DNA from: the human T2T-CHM13v2.0 reference genome, Homo sapiens
DNA length: 64,000 nucleotides
NCBI RefSeq assembly: GCF_009914755.1
Contig: NC_060936.1
Direction: 5' to 3' (one strand)
The position numbers and the translations under genes are program-made. Positions within the stretch are counted from its first letter, which is position 1. The number at the start of each line of letters is the position of its first letter. The notes under the pieces were generated by a model. It searched no databases and was not told the origin of the DNA. It saw only the letters and a list, made by a program, of their open reading frames with translations. Below are positions 1 through 17,510 of the stretch, in pieces.

Positions 1-459
1 CTCTAAAAGATGGGAGAGACGGAAAAAATGGAATGCAAGCTAGCATTTGCAGCATAATTCCATCTTAATGGACAAAAATACAAATATAGTTCTGAAATCC
101 ATGCATATGAACATATTAAAGCATGATGGGAATACAGCAATCTATTTTTGATTATCTGTAGTTTCTGATTTTTTTGACAGCCAATATGTATTCTTCTGTA
201 ATGGTAATAAATAGCTACTTTTGATATTTTCAAAGAGCAAGTGTCTACAGGTTTTCTTTTGGGAACTCTTCTTGAATAATACCCTGCCCCTCAAGACCCA
301 TGCACACACACACATGCACACACAAGCCCCAGGCAGGCAAAGACATTAACAGTCTTTTCTGCTAACCTTGCGTTTTGCCCATAAATTAATTAGTTCACTA
401 ATCATTCTATTTGGGAATTATCTATTAATTTATTTCCTCCCCACCCTAGCCTGAGAGGC

Positions 460-535
460 AATATTGTTAGATGTTAAGAGCATGGATCCTAGAGCTGCAC
501 TGTCCAGTGTCAAAGCCTGGATCTACCCAGTCTCC
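460..535 (+). mobile_element. MIR SINE 5' part (3' part resumes at ~2375)
   Basis: gttaagagcatggatcctagagctgcactg...aagcctggatctacc resembles the MIR head. Confidence 0.5.
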
Positions 536-937
536 ATTGGCTCACTGACTATTAAGCATTATCCTATGCAAGGTGCTTTAGTTGGCAGGTGGGATACACT
601 TGTATTCAGAATAGACAATGAATCTGCCATTCCAATGATAGGGTGGACCACCGAGACAGTCATCTGTAAGCATAATAAATTAGCAAAATCAATAGTATAC
701 TAGAAGGCGCACATCAGGCTGTGCAAAAATGAAAATGCGGAGCACAGGGAGAGAGATTGAGAGTGTGGAAGGAAGTGAGTGAGGGAAGAGATAAAAATTT
801 AATGAGGGTGGTCAGTTCTTACAGAGAAGGGAAATTTTGAGTAAGAACTTGCAAGGAGAGAGGGTGTTATCCATGCAGATAACTGGTAGAGGAGCATTCC
901 AGGGTAGAGATGGCCAGTGTAAAAGCAGGAGTATTCT

Positions 938-1610
<673 letters not shown>

Positions 1611-2109
1611 TATCTGGTGTTTTGGAGAAATGGGAAGAAAACCAGAGTAACCTGGGGCAGATTGAGTGACAGGGAGTATAGTGGGTAATGAAGTAAGAGA
1701 GGCACCTCTCCAAGGAGCTAGACAAGAGGGAAACAAATCAGGTAGGACTTTGTAGGGCACTGTATGAACTTTGCTTTTACTCCAAGGGAACTGGGGAGCC
1801 ACGGCAGCATTTTGAGCTGAGAGTGACACACTCTGAACTATGCTCCAAAAGCATTCCTCTGGTTGCTCTGCTGAGAATAAATTGTAAGAGAAAGGAATAG
1901 AAGCTGCAAGAACAATAGAAATCTGATGAAACAATTCAGGGGGGAGATGAAGGTGTCTTGGATTAGGCTGGAGGGGAGAGCCATTGTCAGATTCTGAGTA
2001 GAGCGTGACGGTCAAGAGAACAGAATTTCCTAATGCCTGGGGAGTAGGGATGTGAGAGAAAGAAGAGTCATAGAGGACTCTGAAGTTGATGAGAGCCACA
2101 GGAAAGAGG

Positions 2110-2290
2110 CTCAGGGGACATTAGGCAATATCTGGAGATAGTTTTGATTGTCACAAACTCAGAGGTGCTACTAGTATCTAATGAGTAGAGGCCAGGGATA
2201 CTATTAAACATCCTCTAACACACAGGAATGCTCCCCACCACAAAGGAGGGTCCCACCCAAATGTCAATAGCACTCAAGTTCAGAAGCCTA
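2110..2290. mobile_element. MER20 hAT-Charlie MITE
   Basis: ggggacattaggcaatatctggagatagttttgattgtcac...gtagaggccagggatact...aaatgtcaatagc. Confidence 0.8.
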
Positions 2291-2374
2291 TGTGCAGAAG
2301 GTAGAACAGGTTGGGCTGAAAGCAAGACATACCGTTAGGAAAGATCAGTAGTTTCATTTTGAACATATTAATTT

Positions 2375-2570
2375 ACTTACTAGCTCTCTGGGTACTGGTT
2401 GTATGATATTGGGAAATCGTTTCATCTCTCTGGACCTCAGCTTTTTTTCATCTGGAAAATGAGGATTAAAAATTCTACCTACTGCATAGATGTCTTATGG
2501 AGTAAAAATGTAATGCACTTAGAATAGTGCCTAACACAGAGTAAGCACTCAATAAATTTTAGCCATGATT
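2375..2570 (+). mobile_element. MIR SINE core and 3' part
   Basis: ctctctggacctcag...catctggaaaatgagg...agtgcctaacacagagtaagcactcaataaat. Confidence 0.7.
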
Positions 2571-2659
2571 ATTGAAAGGGAGTATTTCTTATTCATTGTG
2601 TATGCCAGCTCTGAGAGCAAGGCCTGGGACATAGTACGTATGTAGTGAATGCTCACTGA

Positions 2660-3105
<446 letters not shown>

Positions 3106-4232
3106 TGATCACAGAGTATCTATCTGATGATACATGGGGTTTCTCCAGGCCCCACCCCAGCTGGAACTTAAAGGTGAATGTGGGAAGTCAGGTTTGTCAG
3201 CAGGTTTTCCTGGAGCTGGGATAAGGAAGCCAAACTGAAGTTTCAGTTGAAACCCATGAGCAGGAAGCATGAGAATGAGGGACAAGATGTAACCAAACCC
3301 CAAATCTGTTCAGAGAGGCTTTCCCAGGGGCCTCCTACTGGCTCTGCCTGAAGCCTGGGCTTTTTTCTAAAACGTAATTTCATTTATTTATTGCTTTATG
3401 GCTTATAACTCAAACGGCTTTGCATGTCATTTTTTAACTTATTAGTTAATAGACAAAGGTTTTATTAGATCCAATCAAGAAAGAGATCATGCATTCTTTT
3501 AATCATGACGTATGCAATGTTAAGCCATTCTTTGTAACTGAAACTCATCAATTTGCTTCTTTCCAAGGACCAGAAAGAGTCCTCTTTGGCTCCAATCCCT
3601 CCTGCTTGGCCATCTTCTGGAGCCTGCTATGAATGGTTTCACAGCCCCTGTCCCTTTGCCTTGTAAATCACAGGGATGCGCTTATGTGCACCAAGCTTCA
3701 ACTTACCAATGTACAACCAGACACCAGGGACATGCAGGGGACCTAGCCATGAGACAAGCAAGCAAAACATGCTAAAGCCTGCATCTGTCAGGATGACTTC
3801 AGTTACAGGCAACAGACCAAATTGATTCAAAGTGATGTCTAATATTAAAAGTTTATATATGTATATGTATGTATCTACAGACGTGTAAAAGCTGGCAAAA
3901 CAGGTCACCCAGAGGTAGGCTACCCCAACATCAGTTCATTCAGTGGCCTAAACAAATCATCAAAAGCCCCCAAATCATTCACGATTACATTCTTGATGCA
4001 GCCCAATGCTGGCCACATAGATGCTCAAAGAATATTTGTTAAAAGAATGAGAAGAAAGAGTAGAATGGACCCAAGCTTAGCAGCTTCTTCTACTTGTAAG
4101 ACATGTACCACTGTTCTCAGCATCTCTTCCAGACACAATAATGTCCAGGTAAAGAATAGACTATTTTTCCTATCTTTGGGGATTTTTGCATATTTTCATT
4201 TTGAATTATTTCATATAAACAAGTATACCCAG

Positions 4233-4274
<42 letters not shown>
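4233..4274. repeat. Compound (TA)n(CA)n microsatellite
   Basis: Directly visible. Confidence 0.95.
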
Positions 4275-4689
4275 TTATATATGACTTAAAGTCTATGTAG
4301 TTTATAGGTAATGTATGTGCCATATTGGGTTTAAAGGAGAATAAAATTAATTAATGTTTCTGTAACTCATTGATGAGTGAAAGAAACAAGACTTAATTAA
4401 GCTATGGAATCTTCCTGTATGCCCATCTCCAATTATCTCTCTCTCCCTTCCTACTCCCTCCAGGGAGCTAATCATTAGTCTGAGTGTTGTATCGTTGCTT
4501 CATCACTATCCTTTCTCCTCCTTTATAACAGAAGAACACCATTCTCATGAGCACCCAAGAGACTTCCCTCATGTTTTTTTTTTCCCCAGCCAGAGCAGAG
4601 TCACATGCCTACCCATTAACCAAATCGCAGACCAAGAGATTGCATTGGCTGTGATTGCCTTGAGCCAATCAGAATTTTTAGTTAGTTTC

Positions 4690-4984
4690 TTTGTTTGCTT
4701 GAGACAGGGTCTAGCTCTGTCACTCAGGCTCTAGTGCTGTGGCACAATCATGGCCCACTGCAGCCTTGACCTTCCAGGTTCAAGCAATCCTCCCACCTCA
4801 GCCTCCTGAGTAGCTGAAATTACAAGCACACACCACTATGCCTTGTTATTTTTTGTATTCTTTGTAGAGATGGCGTTTTGCCATTTTGGCTAGACTAGTC
4901 TTGAACTCCTGAGCTCAAGCTGATCCGCCTGCCTTGGTTCCCCCAAAGTGTTGGGATTACAGGCATGAGCCACAGCACCTGGCC
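4690..4984 (-). mobile_element. Alu (AluJ-like)
   Basis: gagacagggtct...gcagccttgacc...gagccacagcacctggcc. Confidence 0.9.
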
Positions 4985-5467
4985 ACGGTTAAAATTTTTA
5001 GTTTCTTAAACTTGAGAGAGAAATTATAAAAGGTTGTCCCAAAGGTTTTCATAAAGATTGTCATAAAGATTGAATCAGAGCCTATATGTTACCCTATCAT
5101 GGTATTGAGTTAATCAGCTGATTTTCTTTCAATATGTAGGCCAACTTTCACTTCCAACTGCAATCCTGCAACTATATACACATACATACACTTGCACAAA
5201 CACAATCACACAAGTGCACATACAGATACACACGCACGTACACATCCGCACAACTCTGAAATTGAATAGTCCTGAGTATTTATCCCACCTCAGTAACACG
5301 AGTGACCAGATGTGTTTTTCTTTTCTTTTTTTTTTCTTGCCTTCCTGCGTCTCTCTTTCCCCTCATTCTGTTGACAATAATTTTTATACAGCTGCTATGT
5401 GCCAGCACTGGAAGTTTCCCAGAATAGAACGATGCGGAAAGAATAAAGACAGCAAAATCTATTTCTT

Positions 5468-6375
5468 GGGGGGAGGAGCCAAGATGGCCAAATAGGAACA
5501 GCTCGAGTCTACAGCTCCCAGCGTGAGCGACGCAGAAGACGGGTGATTTCTGCATTTCCATCTGAGGTACCGGGTTCATCTCACTAGGGAGTGCCAGACA
5601 GTGGGCGCAGGTCAGTGGGTGCGCACACCATGCGCGAGCCGAAGCGGGGCGAGGCATTGCCTCACTCGGGAAGCGCAAGGGGTCAGGGAGTTCCCTTTCC
5701 TAGTCAAAGAAAGGGGTGTCAGACGGCACCTGGAAAATCGGGTCACTCCCACCCGAATACTGCGCTTTTCCGATGGGCTTAAAAAACGGCACCCCAGGAG
5801 ATTGTATCCCGCACCTGGCTCGGAGGGTCCTACGCCCACGGAGTCTCTCTGATTGCTAGCACAGCAATCTGAGATCAAACTGCAAGGCAGCAGCGAGGCT
5901 GGGGGAGGGGCGCCCGCCATTGCCCAGGCTTGCTTAGGTAAACAAAGCAGCCAAGAAGCTCGAACTGGGTGGGGCCCACCACAGCTCAAGGAGGCCTGCC
6001 TGCCTCTGTAGGCTCCACCTCTGGGGGCAGGGCACAGACAAACAAAAAGACAGCCGTAACCTCTGCAGACTTAAATGTCCCTGACTGACAGCTTTGAAGA
6101 GAGCAGTGGTTCTCCCAGCACGCAGCTGGAGATCTGAGAACGGGCAGACTGCCTCCTCAAGTGGGTCCCTGACCCCTGACCCCCGAGCAGCCTAACTGGG
6201 AGGCACCCCCTAGCAGGTGCACACTGACACCTCACACGGCCGGGTACTCCAACAGACCTGCAGCTGAGGGTCCTGTCTGTTAGAAGGAAAACTAACAAAC
6301 AGAAAGGACATCCACACCAAAAACCCATCTGTACATCACCATCATCAAAGACCAAAAGTAGATAAAACCACAAAG
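5468..6375. promoter_or_regulatory. L1 5'UTR: CpG-rich internal sense promoter plus antisense promoter
   Basis: YY1 site caagatggcc at 5480-5489; many CpGs retained; 908-bp length fits the short UTR lacking the 129-bp ZNF93-bound segment. Confidence 0.85.
5612..5920 (-). CDS. L1 ORF0-like antisense ORF, open, 102 aa
   Basis: MAGAPPPASLLPCSLISDCCASNQRDSVGVGPSEPG... matches the ORF0 N-terminus; ATG at 5920; expression unknown. Confidence 0.7.
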   Translation of the reverse strand: MAGAPPPASLLPCSLISDCCASNQRDSVGVGPSEPGAGYNLLGCRFLSPSEKRSIRVGVTRFSRCRLTPLSLTRKGNSLTPCASRVRQCLAPLRLAHGVRTH

Positions 6376-7389
6376 ATGGGGAAAAAACAGAGCAGAAAAA
6401 CTGGAAACTCTAAAAAGCAGAGCACCTCTCCTCCTCCAAAGGAACGCAGTTCCTCACCAGCAACGGAACAAAGCTGGATGGAGAATGACTTTGACGAGCT
6501 GAGAGAAGTCTTCGGATGATCAAATTACTCCGAGCTACGGGAGGACATTCAAACCAAAGGCAAAGAAGTCGAAAACTTTGAAAAAAATTTAGAAGAATGT
6601 ATAACTAGAATAACCAATACAGAGAAGTGCCTAAAGGAGCTGATGGAGCTGAAAACCAAGGCTCAAGAACTACGTGAAGAATGCAGAAGCCTCAGGAGCT
6701 GATGCGATCAACTGGAAGAAAGGGTATCAGCAATGGAAGATGAAATGAATGAAATGAAGCGAGAAGGGAAGTTTAGAGAAAAAAGAATAAAAAGAAATGA
6801 ACAAAGCCTCCAAGAAATATGGGACTATGTGAAAAGACCAAATCTATGTCTGATTGGTGTACCTGAAAGTGATGGGGAGAATGGAACCAAGTTGGAAAAC
6901 ACTCTGCAGGATATTATCCAGGAGAACTTCCCCAATCTAGCAAGGCAGGCCAACATTCAGATTCAGGAAATACAGAGAACGCCACAAAGATACTCCTCGA
7001 GAAGAGCAACTCCAAGACACATAATTGTCAGATTCACCAAAGTTGAAATGAAGGAAAAAATGTTAAGGGCAGCCAGAGAGAAAGGTCGGGTTACCCTCAA
7101 AGGGAAGCCCATCAGACTAACAGTGGATCTCTTGGCAGAAACTCTACAAGCCAGAAGAGAGTGGGGGCCAATATTCAACATTCTTAAAGAAAAGAATTTT
7201 CAACCCAGAATTTCATATCCAGCCAAACTAAGCTTCATAAGTGAAGGAGAAATAAAATACTTTATAGACAAGCAAATGCTGAGAGATTTTGTCACCACCA
7301 GGCCTGCCCTAAAAGAGCTCCTGAAGGAAGCGCTAAACATGGAAAGGAGCAACCAGTACCAGCCACTGCAAAATAATGCCAAAATGTAA
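6376..7389 (+). pseudogene. L1 ORF1p (RNA-binding chaperone), disrupted
   Basis: MGKKQSRKTGNSKKQS...NNAKM; in-frame TGA at 6517 and 6700 (CGA>TGA) and a one-codon deletion near 6505. Confidence 0.95.
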
Positions 7390-7437
7390 AGACCATCGAG
7401 ACTAGGAAGAAACTGCATCAACTAACGAGCAAAATAA

Positions 7438-11273
<3,836 letters not shown>

Positions 11274-11739
11274 ACAATGAGAACACATGGACACAGGAAG
11301 GGGAACATCACACTCTGGGGACTGTTGTGGGGTGGGGGGAGAGGGGAGGGATAGCATTGGGAGATATACCTAATGCTAGATGATGAGTTAGTGGGTGCAG
11401 CACACCAGCATGGCACATGTATACATATGTAACTAACCTGCACATTGTGCACATGTACCCTAAAACTTAAAGTATAATAAATAAATAAATAAATAAATAA
11501 ACAGAAAACAAACAAACAAAAAGAATAAAGACAGAATCCTGCCCAATGGGACAGGATTCAAAGACTCATACAAATAAATGCAAAGTTATAATTCTATTAT
11601 AATTGCACCAGCCTAATACTAAATCCCATGAAGACGAGTTCTGTCTGTGAGGCCACATGGTGCGAGCTGCATGGAGGGCTTCCCTAGGAAGAGAAGGAAT
11701 TGGAATCTGAAGGAAGAGTAGGCATCATTTGGACATCAG

Positions 11740-12126
11740 CTGTGGTATGCTCAAGCCCGCCCATACGCCTCGTGAGAAGTGATAGTGCAATGTTCAGGAA
11801 CTGTGCAAGCTGGTTATTAAGCACAGTGCTTATTAAGAATTAAATGATACAAACATAAAATTTTAAATGCTATATTAAAAACAAAGCGATAAATTCTCAC
11901 AACTTATCACTCCCTGATAAGGGAAATGCCATATAATGAGGTTTTATGATCCTTCTCATCCCAACTTTTTGTCCAGTGACATCATGTTAGTAGCTTGAAA
12001 CTTGGCCATGGTGGGAGTATTTCCACCACAGAAATTGGCAAGTGCTGTAGACGAGGTTTTTGTTTTATTATCCACCCACCCCTACCTAGAAAGCCAGTTA
12101 TTAAACATTTACCAGCACACAAACTG
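11740..12126. mobile_element. hAT-Tip100 element (Arthur1/MER69-like)
   Basis: Ends ctgtggtatgct... and ...taaacatttaccagcacacaaactg resemble Arthur1 termini. Confidence 0.55.
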
Positions 12127-12684
12127 GCAAAGGGGATTCAAGGAGAACATTATAGATAATAGGGACAGTTCATAAAAAGGCCCCATGGTAGAGGGTAACA
12201 TGACATATCTGAGAAATTGAAACAAGTTTCATTGAGAATACTAAGAATCTCTACCTCAAAGCGTTTTAAGGACCAAATAGAATAACCCATATAAACTGTT
12301 TCAAACAGTGCCTAGCACATACTAAGTTCTTAATAATGGTAGTTTAGTTTTTTTTTAAGTTCAGCAGTGTCCAATTGCTTCCAATGGTAGCTTTTAGGTG
12401 TAGATTGTTAAGAAACAGGATGGCAGATACTACTAGCTCCCTACCCAATATCCACTCCATCCCTTCTTCCTCAACTTAACAGAACTGCAATATTGTTCAG
12501 AGTAGCAAGGTACTCAGTTACAATATTTGTGACCCCAGGCTCTGTGGAGTTCAAGAAAGCCACAGCACTCAGTGTTGACCAAAAAGACATAACTGAGGGT
12601 CTTGGGAAAAACCCCCTTTCTGGATGCTCTTCATAACTGGAATGTGGACATGGGGCTTGAAGCTGCAACAGGCATTTTTGCATT

Positions 12685-13040
12685 TGTGTGCGTCCTTGAG
12701 CTGCTATAACAAAATACCATATATGGAGAGCCTTCCAAACAACAAAAAAGTATTTCCCACAGTTCTGGAGACTGGAAATCCAAGACCAAGGTGCTGGCAG
12801 ATTCCATGTCTGATGAGGTCCTGATCTTTATACACAACTATATTCTCACTGTAACCTCACATGGCCGAAGGGGAAAGCAAGGGATCTCTCTCAGACCCCT
12901 TAAATAAGAACACTAATCCCATTCATGAGGCTTCTGCCCTCATGACCCAGCACCTCCCAACAGCCTCATCTCCTAACAGCAGTATCTTGGGTATTAGGAT
13001 TTCAACATATGAATTTGCAAGAAGCATAAACATTCCATCC
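12685..13040 (-). mobile_element. MST/MLT1A-type MaLR LTR
   Basis: gctgctataacaaaataccat...cacagttctggagactggaaatccaag...ggatttcaacatatgaattt. Confidence 0.8.
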
Positions 13041-13180
13041 AGGGATGGAATTGTATGGAGGATGTTGAGGATGCATGGAGGGGAGGAAGAATGAAAATCT
13101 TGGGATCACTGATGCTAACAGTCAGCCACTGGAATGGTCCTCTGGACTTTGTATATGGTGGCTTCCAAATCTGTCATCCA

Positions 13181-14378
13181 TGTCCATTGATCCATTGATG
13201 GACACTTAGGTTGATTCCATGTCTTGGCTGATATGAATAATACAATGAACATAGGAGTACAAATATCTCTTTGACTTACTGATTTTATTTCCTTTGGGTA
13301 TATAATTCAGAAGCGGGGTTGCTGGATCAAATGGTTCTATTTTTAGTTTTTTGAGGAACCTCCACACTGTTTTCCATAGTGGCTGCACCAATTTACATTC
13401 CCACCAACAGTGTAAAAGAGTTCCCTTTTCTCCACACCCTGGCCAACATTCATGATCTTTTTTTGATAATAGCCTTTCTAACAGGTGTGAGGTGATAAAT
13501 CACTGTGGTTTTCATTTGCATTTCCCTGATGATCAGTGATATTGAGCATGTTTACATAAACCTGTTGGCCATTTGTAGGTCTTCTTTTGAGAAATGTCTT
13601 TTCATGTCCTTTGCCTGTTTCTTAATCAGGTTACTCATTTTCTTGAGTTCTAGGAGTTTCTTATATATTTTGGGTATTAATCCTTTATCAGAAGTACAAT
13701 TTGAAAATATTTTCTCCTATTCTGTAGGTCATCTTTCCACTCTGTTCATTGTTCCCTTTGCTGTACATAAGCCTTTTAGTTTGATGTAATCCTATTTGTC
13801 AATTTTTGCTTCTGTTGCCTGTGCTTTGGGGATCATATAAACACAATAAAATACTATTAAACATTTAAAAAGAGGCAATCCTGTCATTTGTGACAACATG
13901 GATGAACCTCGAAGACATTTTGCTAAGTGAAATAAGCCAGACACAGAAAGACAAATTCTGCATGATCTCACTTTTATATGAAAACTGAAAAAGAGTCAAA
14001 CTCATAGAAGCAGAGAGTAGAATGGTGGTTACCAAGGGCTGGAGGCAGGGGAGAGGAAATAGAGAGATGTTTGCCAAAGGACACGAAATTTCAGTTAGAG
14101 AGGAGGAGGAAGTTGAGGATATCTATTGTACACATGGTGACTGTAGTTACTAACAGTGTACTGCAATCTTGAAAACTGCTAACAGAGTAGATTTTACATG
14201 TTCTTATTACACAAAAAAGCTCTCATCACTCACACACAAAAATGAAAGGTAATGAATATGTTAATTAGATTGATTTTGCTACCTCACAGTTTATATATAT
14301 ATCAAAACATATTTATGTTATATACTATATATATATTCAATTTTTATTTGTCAATTAAAAAATAATTAATTTTTAAAA
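13181..14378. mobile_element. L1MA-type 3' end with inverted 5' segment (13181-13838 minus, 13835-14378 plus)
   Basis: Antisense ORF2 C-terminus ([18 protein letters not shown]), then sense 3'UTR ending ttgtcaattaaaaaataa. Confidence 0.85.
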
Positions 14379-14529
14379 ATTCCTTATCTATTTAAGCCAC
14401 TGAAGCTGTGTGTTCCATTACCTGCAGCTGAATGTATTCCTAACTGATACAAATGAATTTTCCAGCCAGCATAATAGGCAATGTGGCTATAAGAAGCCAG
14501 TCAAAAGACCCTAGAAACTTGCCACTGAA

Positions 14530-14685
14530 ATATTCTGGTTCAAGGACCAACAGGATTCACAGCACCTGGAAGCTGGTTAGAAATATATAGTCTCAGGTCC
14601 CACCCTGAACCTCCTAACAAAATTTACATTTTAACAAGTTCTCCAAATATTCATTCCACAATAATAAAAATTTAGAAACACTTCT
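14530..14685. mobile_element. MER5-family MITE
   Basis: cacctggaagctggttagaaat...catttttaacaagttctcc. Confidence 0.6.
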
Positions 14686-16469
14686 GTAGAAAATCCTCGT
14701 GGAACAGTTAGACTTTCTAACCTTTTGATTTAAGGACATTTGTCCGAAAATGCTCTAAAGCTGCAAAACCAGAACCTATCCGTGCAAGCAGATTTTTTTT
14801 TTTTTTTTTTTTGATGCTTGCTGGACTCCATTGTGAGCCTCATAAGGCAACCAGAATTTGCTGTTAGCAGCTCTCTAAAGTGGTTGCAAGATTACCCAAC
14901 ACCCAGAAACGAAGCCTAAACATCCATCCCTTGATAAACACATCTAGGCCCTGAAAAGTTCAAGCTCTGTGTTGGGTCTTGACCTCTGAAATATTTATAC
15001 ACAGTGATGCACCTTCCAGATAACATCTCCTGGAATCTGCTTAGCAGCCAGGCTGCAACAGGGAGTGAGTGAATAAATGCTCTTGTTGTCTATAATTCAG
15101 CAAGAAAGCTTTTGCTAAGCCCCCAGACACAGCTAAGAATAGCCAGGTTCCTTCTCGTCTTTGAGAGCTCCAAGTTCAAAAATAAGTTTCCCGCTCCTCT
15201 CCTGCATCCGCTAGACTATGCTGTAGAAGCTCTCACAGTTGGTGCTACCCTGGCCCATACCCAAGAAATACCCTTGTTTGTTGGAATGGATTCAGCTCTT
15301 GGCTGATTTCTTTCTTGTACCACTCCTTGCCAGACTAGTTCAATCTTGGGTCATTCCTGTTTGGGTTTCTTGATTAACTCCAAGTCTCCCAGGGAAAGGA
15401 AGAGAAAAAAAGCTTTGTTAGAGCAACAAGACCCATGAGTCACACCAGCCTAGGCTTGTCTTCTCTCTCCAAGCAGACCCTCCAGAAGACCTATCTTCAT
15501 TCCTCTACTTTGAGAGTTCTACTGTTCTCTATGAATTCTAAAACTGGGTTTTCCCTCCTGTCCCCTGACTAAGGGAGATCTGAAGAGCAGGGTCTTTAGA
15601 ATGTAACATGCCAAAAATCAAATCCCTGCTTGGCCTCTAACCAACTGTGGGACTGGGAGTAAGTGACTTGAGCTTCCCAAGCTTCAGTGTCCTTGGTGAT
15701 AATGATGTCCACTCATGGCTCATGCCAAGAATTTTGTGCATATCCACTAGAATATGTGTCCTGCGAGGGTAAGGTTTCTCCCTGAGTTGCCTACTGGTGT
15801 ATCTCTGGTGTCTCTATCTATGCCTGAAGTTACTCAATAAATACATTTTTTATGGGTGGGGATAACTGATTCTTACAACAGTCCTATAAGGTAGATGCTA
15901 TAACCCTTCCCATTTTTCAGATGTTGAAACCAAGGTTCAGAACGGTGAAGTCAGTTGTTCAAGATCACACAGGCTATATGTGACAGAGTCAAGATTAGGA
16001 CACAAACCTGCCTGCCTTCAAAGCCTATTCCAGCCATCCTAAGGAGCTGTACATATTAGATATTGAAGTCAATATGCATAACACACTTCACACTCGGTAG
16101 GTGGCCAATAAATACTGTCTCCCTCTTCCTCTTGGTCTCTCATACCATCTTCTCTCACCAATCCTGTTTTCTACTCCCCCATCTTTCCCCAAACTCTACT
16201 TCAAGTTGGAAAACATTGCCACAAATTTAAAAACAAACAAAAAAAACCTCCTTGGCTTGGCCTCCTCAGTTCCCACCAACTGATAGGAAGCAGACATTCA
16301 AACTCAAGGGAAGGGAAAGAGGGTATATTCATCCTCAGTGACGCTCCCAATGACAAGGACAGTTCTGCTTGAGACCTCAGTTTCCTGTTTTTTTAACCTC
16401 TACCTTTCTATCACAGCCGAGATGTGTCATGTCAGCATATTGTGATCATTCTTTAAGTGAGGTATGTAC

Positions 16470-16610
16470 GCTAGCTGCTTGTGAAAATTCAGGTTCCTGG
16501 GCCCTGCCCCCAACCTACTTAATTCAAATTTCTGGGGGCAGGGCCCCAGAGTATGCATTTTTAATGATCTCCCTGAGTGGTTCCTAGGCACACTAAAGTC
16601 TGGAAACCCC
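16470..16610. mobile_element. MER5-family MITE fragment
   Basis: tcctgggccctgcccc...atgcattttta...cactaaagtctggaaaccc. Confidence 0.6.
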
Positions 16611-16892
16611 TAACACAGAACTTTGGCAAGCGGGAGAGGAAAAGCAAGCACTTCCTCAACCTGAGCACGTAAAACTCTGCACTGCAAGCTGAGCTCGGGA
16701 AGCTGAGTTCCTGAGGGGGATGGCTTCTCCTGTCTCTTATCCACCATGCACTCTTGGGATCTCCCTCTCATTTGCCACTGGAGACAGACGTTGTAGCTCT
16801 GCTTGGCTCCTGCACCCCTGAATTCATGCGTGTTCTGCATCATATTCCACTCTGTTCCAACTGTCCCTGGGTGTAGCTTTCCCTTACGGCAG

Positions 16893-17237
16893 TAAGTGGT
16901 CCCCAACTTTTTCAGCATCAGGAATGGTTTCATGGAAGACAATTTTTCCATGGATTGGGGGTTGGGGTGGGGGTGGTTTTGGGATAAACTGTTCCACCTC
17001 ATATCATCAGGCATTAGTTACATTCTCAAAAGGAGCGTGCAACCTAGATCCCTCGCATGCACAGTTCACACTAGGGTTCACGCTCCTATATGAATCTGAT
17101 GATGCTGTTGATCTAACAGGAGGCGGAGCTCAGGTGGTTATGCTCACTCATCTGTTGCTCACCTCCTGCTGTGTGTTTCAGTTCCTAAGAGGCCACAGAC
17201 CAGTACCAGTCCACAGCCTGAGGGCTGGGGACCCCTG
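16893..17237. mobile_element. MER1B hAT-Charlie MITE
   Basis: gtccccaacttttt...ggaagacaatttttcca...caacctagatccctcgcatg...ggggacccctg. Confidence 0.9.
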
Positions 17238-17473
17238 CCCTAGAGCATACAGTGCTGCCTCTAGCTTTCAGTGAGGAATAAAATTTCCACTGAGCTGGAG
17301 AATTTAACATATTAGTTAAAGGGAGAAGTTAACATATTAGTCACTGAGGTAAATAAATACTACAAAAATAAAAAAAAAGGAAAGGAATAAAGGAAGGCAG
17401 GGAAGGAGGGAGGGAGGGGAAAAAAGTAGTTATTCACAGCCATGAACATGCCATGAGGTTTGTAGGGAGTGAA

Positions 17474-17478
17474 ACACA

Positions 17479-17510
<32 letters not shown>
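17474..17510. repeat. (CA)n microsatellite
   Basis: Directly visible. Confidence 0.95.

Larger units (their letters stand above)
12420..14452 (+). mobile_element. Old MLT1-type LTR split by an MST LTR and an L1M
   Basis: Fragments at 12420-12680, 13040-13165 and 14378-14452 (tatttaagccactg...cagctgaatgtattcctaactgatac). Confidence 0.6.
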
